From positions 1-64,000 of the forward strand of contig NIVC01000562.1 of the NCBI GenBank assembly GCA_002269645.1: 64,000 nt of DNA, given 5' to 3'. Positions 14,606 to 27,516 of the stretch are shown in pieces; the stretch's first letter is position 1, and each line of letters begins with the position of its first letter. Position numbers and translations under genes: made by a program. This DNA is from Macrostomum lignano. Taxonomy: Eukaryota. The notes beneath the pieces are model-generated. The model searched no databases. It saw nothing but the letters and a program-made list of their open reading frames with translations, and had not been told where the DNA came from.

Positions 14606-15322
14606 GGCACACAGAGGGGACACACTCACACAGACACAATCAATCTAGCACAGACTGATGAATTCAATTGGACTAAATTAAACTAATAAATTGCACTTTA
14701 ATAAAATATTCTGCGGTAAGCAGGCCGGGGAAACAGCGATTCAGTGGTTAAAAAGTATATAAATGGTATTGGTGAATTACTTGTGCTTCACAGCAAGCAA
14801 GTGCAAGTAAATCTGATTTAATTGAGGCATGCAGCATAGGATCATGACAAAACCGGATGGTGAAGGGGTTACAAGTTCACTTCGCTATTGCTGATCTTGA
14901 GCTCACTGAGAATATGAAAAGAAGACAATCTAATATCGAGAATATGAATGACTAACATCTCCGAGACCTTTACATCATAAATTATATCATGCTCTCTCTC
15001 TCTAGATGACTAGAGGATCACGGAACCTCGAGATAATTCCACGATGTTCAGATCATCTCTTGATCTATTATAACTACTGCAGATCTTTAGATTATCTCTA
15101 GATCTAGTCTAACAACTGCAGATTTTTAGATTATCTTTAGATCTAATCTAACAAAGCCAGAGATCTTCAGATCAACTTTAAAATCTATTCTCAAGATTAA
15201 AACAACACGGATAGCTTATACTAAGCCTGTAATATCATTATACAGTACAGTAGCTACCAGGTACTAACCAACAATACACCGAAACAATGCCAATAAAGTT
15301 AACAAAACTACTAACGAATCAA

Positions 15323-16681
15323 TCAATCAGTTTTGACAGCAGCTGGTCGCAGCAGGCGCAGCATTAGCAACACTATCATGACAGCGTGACAGCAGTGCAA
15401 CAGGCCGCTACTAAAGCTAGTTGACGGATAGGTGTTCCAGCACAGCTCTATACAGCCTAGCAACAGTAGCTGAGGTGCGGCGGGCAGCCTGCACCGCCAG
15501 ACCAGATAGTGCAAACTGTGAAAATACCAAACGTAGAACTGATAATGCAGCGATCTGGCACAGGCAACGCCGATAAAGTTACTAACAAACAGTACGCAGG
15601 CAATGTCTTCAACTGCTGGCAAAACTGTCTCTCCTTGCTGTTTCCCAGCCGCTTCTAGAGGATGGAAACGAATTAATCGACTAATAGAGAGCCGGCGAGT
15701 TCTAGCGTAGGCCAATAGAAAGACCAACAGCAGGGTCAGATGGACAGTCAGCAGGCCAGCGTGGAACAGCCGATTATGAAAGACAGCCTCGGGCAGGAAG
15801 CGCCAGTTCACCGTCCATTTAAACAGGAATTGTCTGGAGAATTCGAAAGCCCGGCCAAGGTAGGCGGACGTGCTGTAGGTGAGAAACGGGGCGCCTAGCA
15901 ACAGTTGGATCAGGGCGCAGACAGACAGCTGGCCGGCCACCTCCCAGACGTGATGACGCATGAGCAGCAGCAGCAGGAGGCCCGGCGCGTACAGCAGGAT
16001 GTTCATCTTAACTGACACGGCCAAGCTGTACAGCACGCAGCCAACGGACCAGCGATCGTATAGGAAGCACAGCAGAGCGGCGTGAAAGAATAGCATAGCA
16101 ACTGGATCGTTGAATAGACGCAACAGGTGGATAGAATGCACTCGATAGGATAGGCAGCACATGAACACTAACAGGTAGGGCGGTACCCGGCCAATACGGC
16201 GGTAAATTAGCAGAACAATAGCAGTATTGGTCAGGTAGATAGCAGCGAATGCGCACTGAGCAATGAGTATCTGACTGCCCCGATCTGTCAAATAGTACAG
16301 AGCCGAATAAAAGTACACGAATCCGGCCGGATACACGAGAGGCCCGGTGTCGCCGCTAAGCAGACGATAGTCTCTAGTACCATTTAGGAAGCCCTCAACT
16401 TCTTGCATATAGGCTCGCCAATCGATTTCTGTGTACGGCACGCGCCAGACGATCAGGGCGCAGACAAGAATTTCGGCTAGTAGCAGCGGCACCGCAACCA
16501 AACCGGTGGCGCCCGGTTCCGTTAGCAGATAATGCGCCCATTCTACTGGGGAACGCGAGGCCAGCTTTCGTCGGCAAGAATTTATTAGGGAGCCAAGGCT
16601 GCCGCTAGCAGACGAGGAAGACGAGGCCGCCGATTTCGGCTTGGCTGGTCGACGGGGCGGCGGAGCCATCGGATGCGGCAT
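15323..16681 (-). CDS. ALG3: Dol-P-Man:Man5GlcNAc2-PP-Dol alpha-1,3-mannosyltransferase, intronless
   Basis: Motifs VPYTEIDWRAYMQEVEGFLNG, GDTGPLVYPAGF, HSIHLLRLFNDP, SVKMNILL, FLFKWTVNWRF, RSLHYQFYVWYFH and ELCWNTYPST. Start at 16681 (or 16669); the ORF extension to 16783 runs into a repeat. Confidence 0.96.
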   Translation of the reverse strand: MPHPMAPPPRRPAKPKSAASSSSSASGSLGSLINSCRRKLASRSPVEWAHYLLTEPGATGLVAVPLLLAEILVCALIVWRVPYTEIDWRAYMQEVEGFLNGTRDYRLLSGDTGPLVYPAGFVYFYSALYYLTDRGSQILIAQCAFAAIYLTNTAIVLLIYRRIGRVPPYLLVFMCCLSYRVHSIHLLRLFNDPVAMLFFHAALLCFLYDRWSVGCVLYSLAVSVKMNILLYAPGLLLLLLMRHHVWEVAGQLSVCALIQLLLGAPFLTYSTSAYLGRAFEFSRQFLFKWTVNWRFLPEAVFHNRLFHAGLLTVHLTLLLVFLLAYARTRRLSISRLIRFHPLEAAGKQQGETVLPAVEDIACVLFVSNFIGVACARSLHYQFYVWYFHSLHYLVWRCRLPAAPQLLLLGCIELCWNTYPSTSFSSGLLHCCHAVMIVLLMLRLLRPAAVKTD

Positions 16682-16759
16682 GAAGATGGGTGAAGTGAGG
16701 CTGCGATTAATAAGCGTCATCACGATTCTAAGAGACAATTTAAAGTGATTCCGGAGACA

Positions 16760-17790
16760 ATCTGGGGCGATTCTAAGAGGCAACTCGAGTCGATTCTAAG
16801 AGGCAACTCAAGGTGATTCTAAGAGGCAATTCAAGGCGATTCTAAGCGGCAACTGAAGGCGGTTCTAAGAGGCAACTCAAGTCGATTCTAAGAGGCAACT
16901 CAAGGCGATTCTAAGAGGCAATTCAAGGCGATTCTAAGCGGCAACTGAAGGCGGTTCTAAGAGGCAACTCAAGTCGATTCTAAGAGGCAACTCAAGGCGA
17001 TTCTAAGAGGCAACTGAAGGCGGTTCTAAGAGGCAACTCAAGGCGATTCTAAGAGGCAACTCAAGGCGATTCTAAGAGGCAATTCAAGGCGATTCTAAGC
17101 GGCAACTGAAGGCGGTTCTAAGAGGCAACTCAAGTCGATTCTAAGAGGCAACTCAAGGCGATTCTAAGAGGCAACTGAAGGCGGTTCTAAGAGGCAACTC
17201 AAGGCGATTCTAAGAGGCAACTCGAGTCGATTCTAAGAGGCAACTCAAGGCGATTCTAAGAGGCAATTCAAGGCGATTCTAAGCGGCAACTGAAGGCGGT
17301 TCTAAGAGGCAACTCAAGTCGATTCTAAGAGGCAACTCAAGGCGATTCTAAGAGGCAATTCAAGGCGATTCTAAGCGGCAACTGAAGGCGGTTCTAAGAG
17401 GCAACTCAAGTCGATTCTAAGAGGCAACTCAAGGCGATTCTAAGAGGCAACTGAAGGCGGTTCTAAGAGGCAACTCAAGGCGATTCTAAGAGGCAACTCA
17501 AGGCGATTCTAAGAGGCAATTCAAGGCGATTCTAAGCGGCAACTGAAGGCGGTTCTAAGAGGCAACTCAAGTCGATTCTAAGAGGCAACTCAAGGCGATT
17601 CTAAGAGGCAACTGAAGGCGGTTCTAAGAGGCAACTCAAGGCGATTCTAAGAGGCAACTCAAGGCGATTCTAAGAGACAATTCAAGGCGATTCTAAGCGG
17701 AAACTGAAGGCGATTCTAAGAGGCAACTCAAGTCGATTCTAAGAGGCAACTGAAGGCGGTTCTAAGAGGCAGTTTAAGGCGATTTTAAGA
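16760..17790. repeat. minisatellite, 23-bp unit GATTCTAAGAGGCAACTCAAGGC, directly upstream of ALG3
   Basis: Tandem copies seen. Confidence 0.95.
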
Positions 17791-18344
17791 GGCAATTTTA
17801 AGGGAAATCTTTAAACTTAAGAAAAAACGAATTGCAAAACTAATCACTCAAATTATTCAAATTAAAATATAGAAAAACAAAGGCACGTAACAGATTTATT
17901 CTGAAACTACACAAACAAGAAATTAAATAAGGAAAAACATATAAAAGACACGGTAAGATTACTCATTTCTACACCATAGTCCCTATTATTTTAGTAAGAA
18001 TAGGCCAGAGAGGAAGTTATTAAGCAAATTCTAGTTGTAAAAATTTACATACATACAGGTAAAATCGGGTTCCAGTGTGTTATCACAGATATTGATAGAT
18101 CTCAAACATTAAGGACGTTACAGAAAAACTAAAACATGTAAAAAATATAATTATTGTTAAAATCCGCGATTAAAACGGCGTTGGAATATATGGACGGATT
18201 TGGTGGTAAAAAAGTACACGCGTACATGTACACAGCAGATACGGGAATCAGTGGGTAACAGTACATAAAGCAAGTCTCTACATTATCGAACCAGTAGTGT
18301 ACTTTAAGAGTGCATCAGCCATGCTATCCAGTGTAGTTAAATAA

Positions 18345-19873
18345 TCAATCGTCCTCTGGGCAGAATGTCTCAGCGGCATCTTCCAGAACCTTCTGCGGAT
18401 CGGCCAGCTTAATCTGATAATGATGACGATGGGGTATAATAAGGGATTTAGAAGTTCGTGAACAGACGGTGTAGTACGTTTCGTAATACCTTAGAGGCCC
18501 TAGTAAGTCTCATTACGAAAATAAGGCTTTTTAAACAGCATCTCTGAACTGGGATTATTTTCCCAACCAAGTACTAACTCTGCATTGGGATTATAACCTA
18601 TCTGGCACCTACTTTGTACTGGAATTATTATCCCATCTAACACCTACTTTGTATTGGGATTATTATCCCACCCAACACCTACTTTGTATTGGGATTATTA
18701 TCCCACCCAACACCTACTTTGTATTGGGATTATAACCTATCTGGCACCTACTTTGTACTGGAATTATTATCCCATCTAACACCTACTTTGTATTGGGATT
18801 ATTATCCCACCCAACACCTACTTTGTATTGGGATTATTATCCCACTCAACACCTACTTTGTATTGGGATTATTATTTATTATCCCACCCAACACCTACTT
18901 TGTATTGGGATTATTATCCCACCCAACACCTACTTTGTATTGGGATTATTATCCCACCCAAAACCTATTTTGTATTGGGAATATTATCCCACCCAACACC
19001 TACTTTGTATTGGGATTATTATCCCATCCAACACCTACTTTGTATTGGGATTATTATCCCACCCAACACCTACTTTGTATTGGGATTATTATCCGTTTAT
19101 TTGTAAAGGGATAAATATCTGGTGCAAGGCTACCTTTGCGTTGGGATAATAATGTCCCACCAATCCCACTAGAGCAATGGGATAATTTCGCAGTATCTAG
19201 AAAGCCCATCATCATCAGCTGCACTCACCTCAGAGATGGGATACTGAGTAGGATTAGCCGCCTCCTCCCGCCCGAAGTCGCTCATAGCTCCGCACTTGGC
19301 CACGTCGTCCTTCCAGACGCCCTCATAGATCTGGCCAGTGCTCAGATAATAAAACTTGCCCGGCCCGTTCTTTTTATCGTCGCGCCATTCGCCTTCGTAG
19401 CGGTTCTCGTTCGGCAACCGCAGCATGCCCTGGCCGCAGCGCTGGTCGTTAAGCCATTCGCCTTCGTACACGGACCCGTCTGCGTAGTACATCCGGCCCC
19501 AGCCGCTGCGCTTATCGGCGTAAAATTCACCCTCGTAATATTCGTTCTCGCCGTACCAATTCTCGCCGTAGCCGTGCCGCTTGTCGGCCTTCCAGCCACC
19601 CGAGTACTGCTTCTTATAGCCGGCACCATTGGGGAGTGGCACGCTGTACACGCCGAATCCGCAGCGACGACCGTCACGCCAGTCGCCTTCGTACATGGCG
19701 CCTGTGCCTTTCCACACCTGGGTGCCGCGGCCTTGCTTCTTATTGGCCTCCCATTCGCCAGTGTATTCGTCGCCTCGAACCGAATAGATTGTATTGCGTA
19801 ATCCGGCTTTGTCAGCCTTTCTATCCCATTCTTTCCACAGCGGCTCGGATTGAATATCGCGCCTATGCGGCAT
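18345..19873 (-). CDS. MORN3: MORN repeat-containing protein 3
   Basis: Exon 19873-19229 (alternative start 19906) plus exon 18413-18345 (IKLADPQKVLEDAAETFCPEDD*). LWKEWDRKA, MORN repeats and MSDFGREEAANPTQYPI match MORN3. Confidence 0.93.
18560..19090. repeat. minisatellite, ~35-bp unit, in the MORN3 intron
   Basis: Tandem acacctactttgtattgggattattatcccaccca seen. Confidence 0.95.
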
Positions 19874-20019
19874 GCCTTGACGATTATTTCTGCTGCTGTT
19901 GGCCATGCAGTGTAGATAAATATAGTGTTTAAGTTTTGCTTTACTACTACTTAATAGTAGCATTTATTGGATAAGGTTCAAGGATGTTGCAAAGTACAAT
20001 GTTGATGATTGTAGAAGAC

Positions 20020-20355
20020 CTGAGAAGGGCTGCTAGCAACGTGAGAAGGGCTGCTAGAAACGTGAGAAGGGCTGCTAGCAACGTGAGAAGGGCTGCTAGC
20101 AACGTGAGAAGGGCTGCTAGCAACGTGAGAAGGGCTGCTAGCAACGTGAGAAGGGCTGCTAGCAACGTGAGAAGGGCTGCTAGCAACGTGAGAAGGGCTG
20201 CTAGCAACGTGAGAAGGGCTGCTAGCAACGTGAGAAGGGCTGCTAGCAACGTGAGAAGGGCTGCTAGCAACGTGAGAAGGGCTGCTAGCAACGTGAGAAG
20301 GGCTGCTAGCAACGTGAGAAGGGCTGCTAGCAACGTGAGAAGGGCTGCTAGCAAA
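20020..20355. repeat. minisatellite, 21-bp unit GTGAGAAGGGCTGCTAGCAAC
   Basis: Near-perfect tandem copies seen. Confidence 0.95.
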
Positions 20356-20819
20356 GTTTAAAAGCAATTTTTTAAAAGAATAAAATACAAGCAAAGCTAG
20401 GCACAGTCAATAAAGTCGTTCGACAATAATTTTTATTGAAATGGCACATTACAATTAAAAAATGAACAAATGTACTTTTTTTACAGAACATGGCATATAC
20501 GGTCGTAGTACTTAACACTTAGATAAGAGCCCATTGAAAGTGAGACTATTGGTAATATTATAAATTACTTTGAGTTTATTGTCTGCACGATAAGCAGTCT
20601 TCAAATTTTCACTGATGTAGAGCCGCAGGTTGCGTAGGGTAAAGAATTCAATTTATACCAGTCAGGTTTATCAAACCTTTTAAGGTATACAAAATGCTAA
20701 AAATAACGGATGAAGTTAATGAAGCTGAATACACTTTGAATGCCAACACTTAATAAGCAATGTAATAAAATATTACTAGTAGTGACCTAGAGGCCCAGAA
20801 TTTGTTTCGTATCTCATAG

Positions 20820-21390
20820 CAAACCGGAAGTGACTTTAAATCTCTCGAAACTGATCAATTGTTACTAACCGGAAGTGATTTTAAATCTCTCAAAAACTGA
20901 TCAATTGTTACTAACCGGAAGTGATTTTAAATCTCTCAAAAACTGATCAATTGTTACTAACCGGAAGTGATTTTAAATCTCTCAAAAACTGATCAATTGT
21001 TACTAACCGAAAGTGATTTTAAATCTCTCAAAAACTGATCAATTGTTACTAACCGAAAGTGATTTTAAATCTCTCAAAAACTGATCAATTGTTACTAACC
21101 GGAAGTGATTTTAAATCTCTCAAAAACTGATCAATTGTTACTAACCGAAAGTGATTTTAAATCTCTCAAAAACTGATCAATTGTTACTAACCGGAAGTGA
21201 TTTTAAATCTCTCAAAAACTGATCAATTGTTACTAACCGGAAGTGACTTTAGATGTCTCAAAACTGATTAATCGCTACCAACCGGAAGTGACTTTAAATC
21301 TTTCAAAACCGATTAGTTGTTACAAACCGGAAGTGACTTCAAATACAATATATAAAAAAACTGATGGCTCATTAACTAACCGGAAAGTAA
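20820..21390. repeat. minisatellite, ~46-bp unit starting AACCGGAAGTGA
   Basis: Tandem copies seen downstream of the CDC40 stop. Confidence 0.93.
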
Positions 21391-21512
21391 ACGGTATCTA
21401 GCCTAAAAAACGAAGGTTTTTTTAATAACCGGAAGTGGCATTAGAATTTGAATAACTGATGAGTAACAGAAAGTGGCATAATCGGATCCCATAAAATCCA
21501 CAGGTTAAAGTC

Positions 21513-23818
21513 TTAATCCCACAGTCTAATAGTGCCATCCCAACCGGAAGTGACAACTTTGCTAGTCTCGTACGGCAGCCAGGCAGATGACACGCACGGT
21601 CCGTCGTGCGCCTTCCACCTGGTGACAATGCGCTGCTTCTTCCAATCCCAGATAAACAATTTGCCGTCTCCGTCGCCAGACATTAGAAATTTCATATCGG
21701 GCGAGAAATCGATTGAGCAGGCATAGCCGGCGGCCATGTGGCCTTTGAAGCATTTCTTCTTCATTTGTTTCATGCCTTTGTGCACGTTGAACACGACAAT
21801 CTGATTGTCTAGCGATTGGCACACCAGCCATTTGCCGTTCGGGCTCAGCGTAACAGCCGGCATGGAGTGCATGGACGGATCGCTGACATTGTTGTAATCA
21901 ACCGGGATGTCCCATTCCCACATGCGCAGGCTCTTATCGTCCGAGGTGGATACGAATCGTTTATTATCGTCAATAAACGTGATGGTATTCACTGAGCCAA
22001 GGTGCCTGTCGTATTCTTGCGTCACCTCGCCAGTTCGAGTGTCCATGCAGATGATCTTTTTATTATTGCAGCCGGCTAGGAAAAAGTTGGCCTTATCCGG
22101 GTCCGGGTTGAACTTGACGCAGTAGGGCACGTGACCGAGGTCCCAGCGGTCCACGCACTTGCCCGTCTCCGTGTCCCACAGCTTCACGTAGCGATCGTAG
22201 GAGGCCGACAGAAATTGGCTGCCGTCGTGACTGCAAGCGGGGAGATGGAGTTTGTTTGATTTAATATAATCCTAGCTATACTGATGCTTATTTCGGGACA
22301 CTAGCGACACTGTTTCGGGTAAATAGCGACACTGTTTCGGGGAAATAGCGACACTGTTTCGGGACACTAGCGACACTGTTTCGGGACACTAGCGACACTG
22401 TTTCGGGACACTAGCGACACTGTTTCGGGACACTAGCGACACTGTTTCGGGGAAATAGCGACACTGTTTCGGGGAAATAGCGACACTGTTTCGGGGAAAT
22501 AGCGACACTGTTTCGGGGAAATAGCGACACTGTTTCGGGGAAATAGCGACACTGCTTCGGGGAAATAGCGACACTGCTTCGGGGAAATAGCGACACTGCT
22601 TCGGGGAAATAGCGACACTGTTTTTAGGTTATAGCGACACTTTCGGGACACTAGCGACACTGCTTTGTGAGACTATCAAGGTATTTAATTAACTTGTGCT
22701 TCATGCATACTCGTAAGTTGGCCCAAGGGGGCGGGGTTTCAATGTAGGATTCTCCTTTATCAGGCAACAAAATTTTTGATAATTTTTGCTACAAAAATAA
22801 TGCAACACAAAACCCACCTGAAGCAGGCATCCCGAACTGCCTGCCGATGTCCGGAATAGGTGCGCAATAGCCGGCGCTCCTTGTACAGTTCGAACAGCTT
22901 GAGCTTGGAGTCCATGCCGGCCGATAGCAGCAGGTGGCCAGTGCGCGGGAACAGGCGGATAGCAGCCACGCCGCGATCATGCGCTTTAACCCATTCATGC
23001 AGCTGCCGTTTCGGTAGGAAGCACTTCCGGGGCCCCTCGTCTGACCGGAAATTAACGCCGGCATCGCGCGGCGGCTCCAGCAAGCTTCGGCCCTGATAGT
23101 CGGCCATAGCCGGCACGTGCATAGTGGTCTTCTCCTCCACCAGGGTCTCCTCCGGCCGGCGCTTGTTCTTGGCCTTCTTAGCCAGGTACTCCTGCATGTA
23201 CTCGCGATCCTCCTCTGGCGGCGCCGCTACCAACGCTTCGTCAACGAATTTACCCCACGGCCCCAGATAGCCTTCAATATCGGCCGGATCATTGTTAGTT
23301 CGCCGTTTCCGGTTGTCGCCCGGCCGCTTCTTGACGCCTTCAAAGACTGTGACTGCGCCGCTGGCGGCGCCTCTGGCCGTGTTTCCAACCATAGAGTCGG
23401 CGTCGATGCTGGGATCTGCGGCGTAGCCGTAACTATGAAAAGTTCGACGCTGCGTCTCGAAATGAAAATCGTTCATGTGGCTGGGCTCAACAAAGCCGGT
23501 TAGGGTGTTTTTTGGCGCGGTCGACTTGCCGGGCACCTGCGGCCCGAGCACAGGAGCGAACAGCTCGTCAGCCTTGGGATTGTAGGCCAGCTCCTTGCAC
23601 GTGGGATCTAGTGCCGGTCGGGAATCCCTAGTGGCCTGTTCGATTCCGCTAACGTCGGGCGTGAGATCGAGCTTGGGCACTAGCGAGCTGTGCGTCACTG
23701 GCCGGGTTGACAGAGGCGGCTGTGATGGCTGCTGCTGCAGCGGCTGAGCCTGGGGCGCAGAATCCGGTTCGCCTTCGTCAGAGGAAGCCTCATAGGAGAC
23801 TAATGATGCGGCTGCCAT
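21513..23818 (-). CDS. CDC40: pre-mRNA-processing factor 17 (WD40), 572 aa
   Basis: Exons 23818-22818 and 22230-21513 (phase 2, 1719 nt). Motifs LAYNPKADELFAPVLGP, FETQRRTFHSYGYA, EGYLGPW, QEYDRHLG, DWKKQRIVTRWKAH and SKVVTSGWDGTIRLWD*. Confidence 0.96.
22290..22660. repeat. minisatellite, 22-bp unit CGACACTGTTTCGGGGAAATAG, in the CDC40 intron
   Basis: Tandem copies seen. Confidence 0.95.
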
Positions 23819-23819
23819 C

Positions 23820-23866
23820 CTTCATGCAATAGAAGAGAGCAGGGAAGTTCATTACAATAGTTAGTA
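23820..23866 (-). promoter_or_regulatory. 3' splice acceptor (TACTAAC branch point, pyrimidine tract, AG) 1 nt before the CDC40 ATG
   Basis: Minus strand reads CTCCTACTAACTATTGTAATGAACTTCCCTGCTCTCTTCTATTGCATGAAG|GATG. Confidence 0.6.
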
Positions 23867-23899
23867 GGAGCAGAAATGTTGCCTAGAGAATTCAACTTG

Positions 23900-24560
23900 G
23901 ATATCATGTGTGCTGGGATCATGAGATGCTGATAGCATGTGATGCTAAGATCATGTGATGCTGAGATCATGTGATGCTGAGATCATGTGATGCTGAGATC
24001 ATGTGATGATGAGATCATGTGATGCTGATAGCATGTGATGCTGATAGCATGTGATGCTGATAGCATGTGATGCTGATAGCAAGTGATGCTGAAAGCATGT
24101 GATGCTGATAACATGTGATGCTGATAGCATGTGCTGCAGATATGATTTGACGCAGATTATGTGATAGTGAAATCATGTGATGCTGAGATCATGTGAGGTT
24201 GGGATCATGCGATGATGAGATCATATGATGCTGATAGCATGTGATGATGAGATCATGTGAGGATGGGATCATGCGATGATGAGATCATATGATGCTGATA
24301 GTATGTGATGATGAGATCATGTGATGCTGAGACCATGTGATGCTGAGATTATGCGATGCTGAGATTATGCGATAGTGAGATCATGTGATGCTGAGATCAT
24401 GTGATGCTGAGATCATGTGAGGATGAGATTATGTGATGCAGATATGATTTGATGCAGATTATGCGATAGTGAGATCATGTGATGCCGAAATCATGTGATG
24501 CTGAGATCATGTGATGCTGAGATCATGTGATGATGAAATCATGTGATGCTTTGGTTATGT
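23900..24560. repeat. minisatellite, 16-bp unit CATGTGATGCTGAGAT
   Basis: Tandem copies seen. Confidence 0.93.
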
Positions 24561-25061
24561 GATTAAGTCAGGCTGTGATATTATCAGTGACACTAACTAA
24601 ACAGCTACTATGAGTATTAGAATAAGTTGAGGTAATTTAATTATTATGCACTAGCTTTTGTATGCAAAGATTTGAAAGAAAAAAGTAAAGCCAAAGAATT
24701 CTGCTATTCGTAGCCAATAACAGTAGCGATATAAGTATTTATATGCAATTAATATCAGGTATGAACTGCGCGGAATGGTTTCATTAAAAAAAGCAAAAAA
24801 CATATTTAAGCAAATTAATACAGGTGCAGAAAAACCTTTAACCGCTCCCCAGCCACCAGGTGAAAGTGTGCGGCAAGGAATACGAAAGTTTAAAAATACA
24901 GGATTAATAACCCTTGCCTAGCTGACATAGACGGTAGTATAGTAAGCAAGTAATCAGGAAGCAGGTAAAAATGAAGGACTAGAGATATACCGCAGGCGCA
25001 TGACATAATCAGGTACAGAATTGGCAGAGATGTTAATTTCAACTTTCACAGCAATGTTGGC

Positions 25062-25400
25062 CGTAGCCCAGTGGTTAAGCGCGGCGCTCTGATGCACCAG
25101 CGGCCCAGGCTCGATTCCAAGTGCAGTCACATTAATTTGGGGCTGAATTGGAATCTCGGCTTGGCTTTGCTTGTGCAATTAACGCTTTTGAGGACCAACC
25201 CCCCCCCCCCAGGCACAGTGAAGTGTACATGCCTAACGATAAATAAAGTTAGGGCCGCTGTTCACTCCTGTGTGAGTGTTTGCCTGTGCGTTTGACTGCG
25301 TACGTATCCGCGCGCTTGTGTGCCTGCTCAGGGGAGTCGGCGGAATGGGCAGCAATGCCTCTCGCCGGTTGTCCCATGCACTGGAATATTGCTAAACGAA
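25062..25400 (+). mobile_element. tRNA-derived SINE (family B)
   Basis: GGCCGTAGCCCAGTGGTTAAG (A box)...GGCTCGATTCC (B box). Central domain is shared with 4995-5265 and 27240-27345; 3' end CACTGGAATATTGCTAAACG. Confidence 0.7.
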
Positions 25401-26075
25401 AATTGAAAATTTCCAATAGCAGAATTTGTACAATTTAGTGGCACAATAAAAACAAACAATAAGGGTTAATTAATACATAAATTACAATCATTCTCATAAT
25501 ACCGTAAAAACCACCTCAGAAGAAAGAAGAAACAAAGGCATACACAGTCTAAACGATTGAGTCCGTTTTTGTTAAACAGCACTGGCCCGACTTTGGCGAT
25601 ATGTAGCGAAAGTAATAAAAAACAAAGACAAAATTTTGGGGAGATTACACTGTTCAATTAGAAAAAAATCAATATAAAAACTACCTAGATTTTTAACGAT
25701 AACTTTAAATTTAACCAAGGCGTCTGACTTATCATAATTGAGCTGGTAACGATCTCCAAGATTCCAAAAGCATTGCATTGAAAAGCTGGACAGAATGGCA
25801 ACAAAGAAAAAAAATTGATAAATAGAAAAACAGAGAACGGAGAGCGGCGGTGCAATTCTGGGGTACTTTTTGATACTAATTTGATAAACAATTTTTATAA
25901 CAAAGGTTGCCCAGCACCGCACAACAGGAGGAAAATAATTAAAAAATAAGATCTAGTCGCCAAATTATTGATCGATTGAAATAGACCGAACTGCAGATTT
26001 TGATGCGCTGAATAACCAACAGCCAAGAATTTCGGCGACGAAGTCAATTCTGCTTTTCAGTCTGCTTGAGAAACT

Positions 26076-27469
26076 TCAGTCTTGATTTGCCTGCGCTTCG
26101 GCCCGTAGCTGCTCAATCTTCTTCATTGGCAGAGACTGCGGCACTTTGAATATTTGCTGAAAGTTAAAGCAATGCATTACATTCAATAATAATAATCATA
26201 ATCATCATTATCATTGACTACACCTGCCCCAATCGGGCCAGATGTGCAACCGACAGCTCAGCCGCAGCTATTGCGCGGCGCATCTGAAGCTGGGTTTATT
26301 TTTTGTGCGTAGAGTGTGCATATGCACCTTAAATTTAAAAATTGCACCCTGAAATTGAAATGTAGGTGCAGTTTAAGTGCAGTCTCATAACATATATTTC
26401 TATTAAAGCCTCATCTGCACTGCTTTAAAATAAGAAAAAAATGCACTTTGAGCCTTAAAATTGCACTATGAAAGTGAGCATAGGGTGCGATTTTGCACCT
26501 TGTCTCTGGCAAAAAAGAAAACCCTGATCTGAAGGCTGCGTACGGCTGTTCAGTCCAAGGACTGGGGGGTCGCCACACACACCCTCAATTACCCCAGCTA
26601 ATGCTGGCACCCATTTTACAGCTGGGTGAACTGAAGCAATGCAGAGTTAAGTGTCTTGTTCAAGGACACAGATTGTTTCAGTGGGATCAGGAATCGAACC
26701 CCTGACCTTCAAGTCGTGAGTCCGACACTCTAACCACTAGGCTACAACCTTGTATGTCACTGAAATCAGTTACTAGTGTGTCACTGAAATAAGTCACTAG
26801 TGTGTCACTGAAATCAGACGCCAGTGTGTCACTGAAATCAGTTACTCTTGTGTCACTGAAATCAATCACTAGTGGGTCACTGAAATCAGCCTCTAGTGTG
26901 CCACTGAAATCAGTTGCCAGTGTCACAACCTACTATTTTAGAAAGTAAGTTACAAAATGAAGCAAGGCATCTCACCGGAATGAAGGTGTGACAGTGCAGC
27001 ACATTCCGGTCCTGCACCATCTGTTGGAAAACTTTAATCGCGCTGGGCAGGTCTCGACAACCCAGCAGGGCGTTCTGATTCAGATGGATCAGCGTCAGGG
27101 CTACGCGGAACAACACTTTGGAGCCTTCGAAGAACAGCACGTCCCAGATGCGGTAGACGGTCTGTGGGAATTTACGAGCGTACAGTCACTGTTGTTTATC
27201 AGTTCTCATTCCCAGCTCCATTTCATATCTACCGCGAAAGCTATCTGTTGGCCAGGGGGGGGGGCTTGTCTTGCAATTCACACAAGACGCCAACCCTCAA
27301 GGCACAGAGTGTACATGTACATGCTAGAATCAGGGCCGCGGTACAACCAAATGACTAACAAACAAACTAACTAACTGACTAACTAACTAACTAACTGACT
27401 AACTAACTAACTGACTAACTAACTAACTGACTAACTAACTAACTGACTAACTAACTAACTGACTAACTG

Positions 27470-27516
<47 letters not shown>

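Noticed and set aside
16682-16783. N-terminal extension of the ALG3 ORF (MPLRIAPD...)
   Set aside because: Starts on a non-ATG codon inside the decaying edge of the 23-bp array and lies upstream of an acceptor-like site
19136-19801. Antisense 221-aa ORF over MORN3 (similarly 3030-3785, 26988-27374, 51584-52114)
   Set aside because: Shadow ORFs of GC-rich coding sequence on the other strand; no recognisable motifs
25062-25130. tRNA gene candidates (also 5202-5265, 26690-26750, 50800-50865)
   Set aside because: A/B boxes are present, but cloverleaf pairing is poor and each continues into a repeated SINE body
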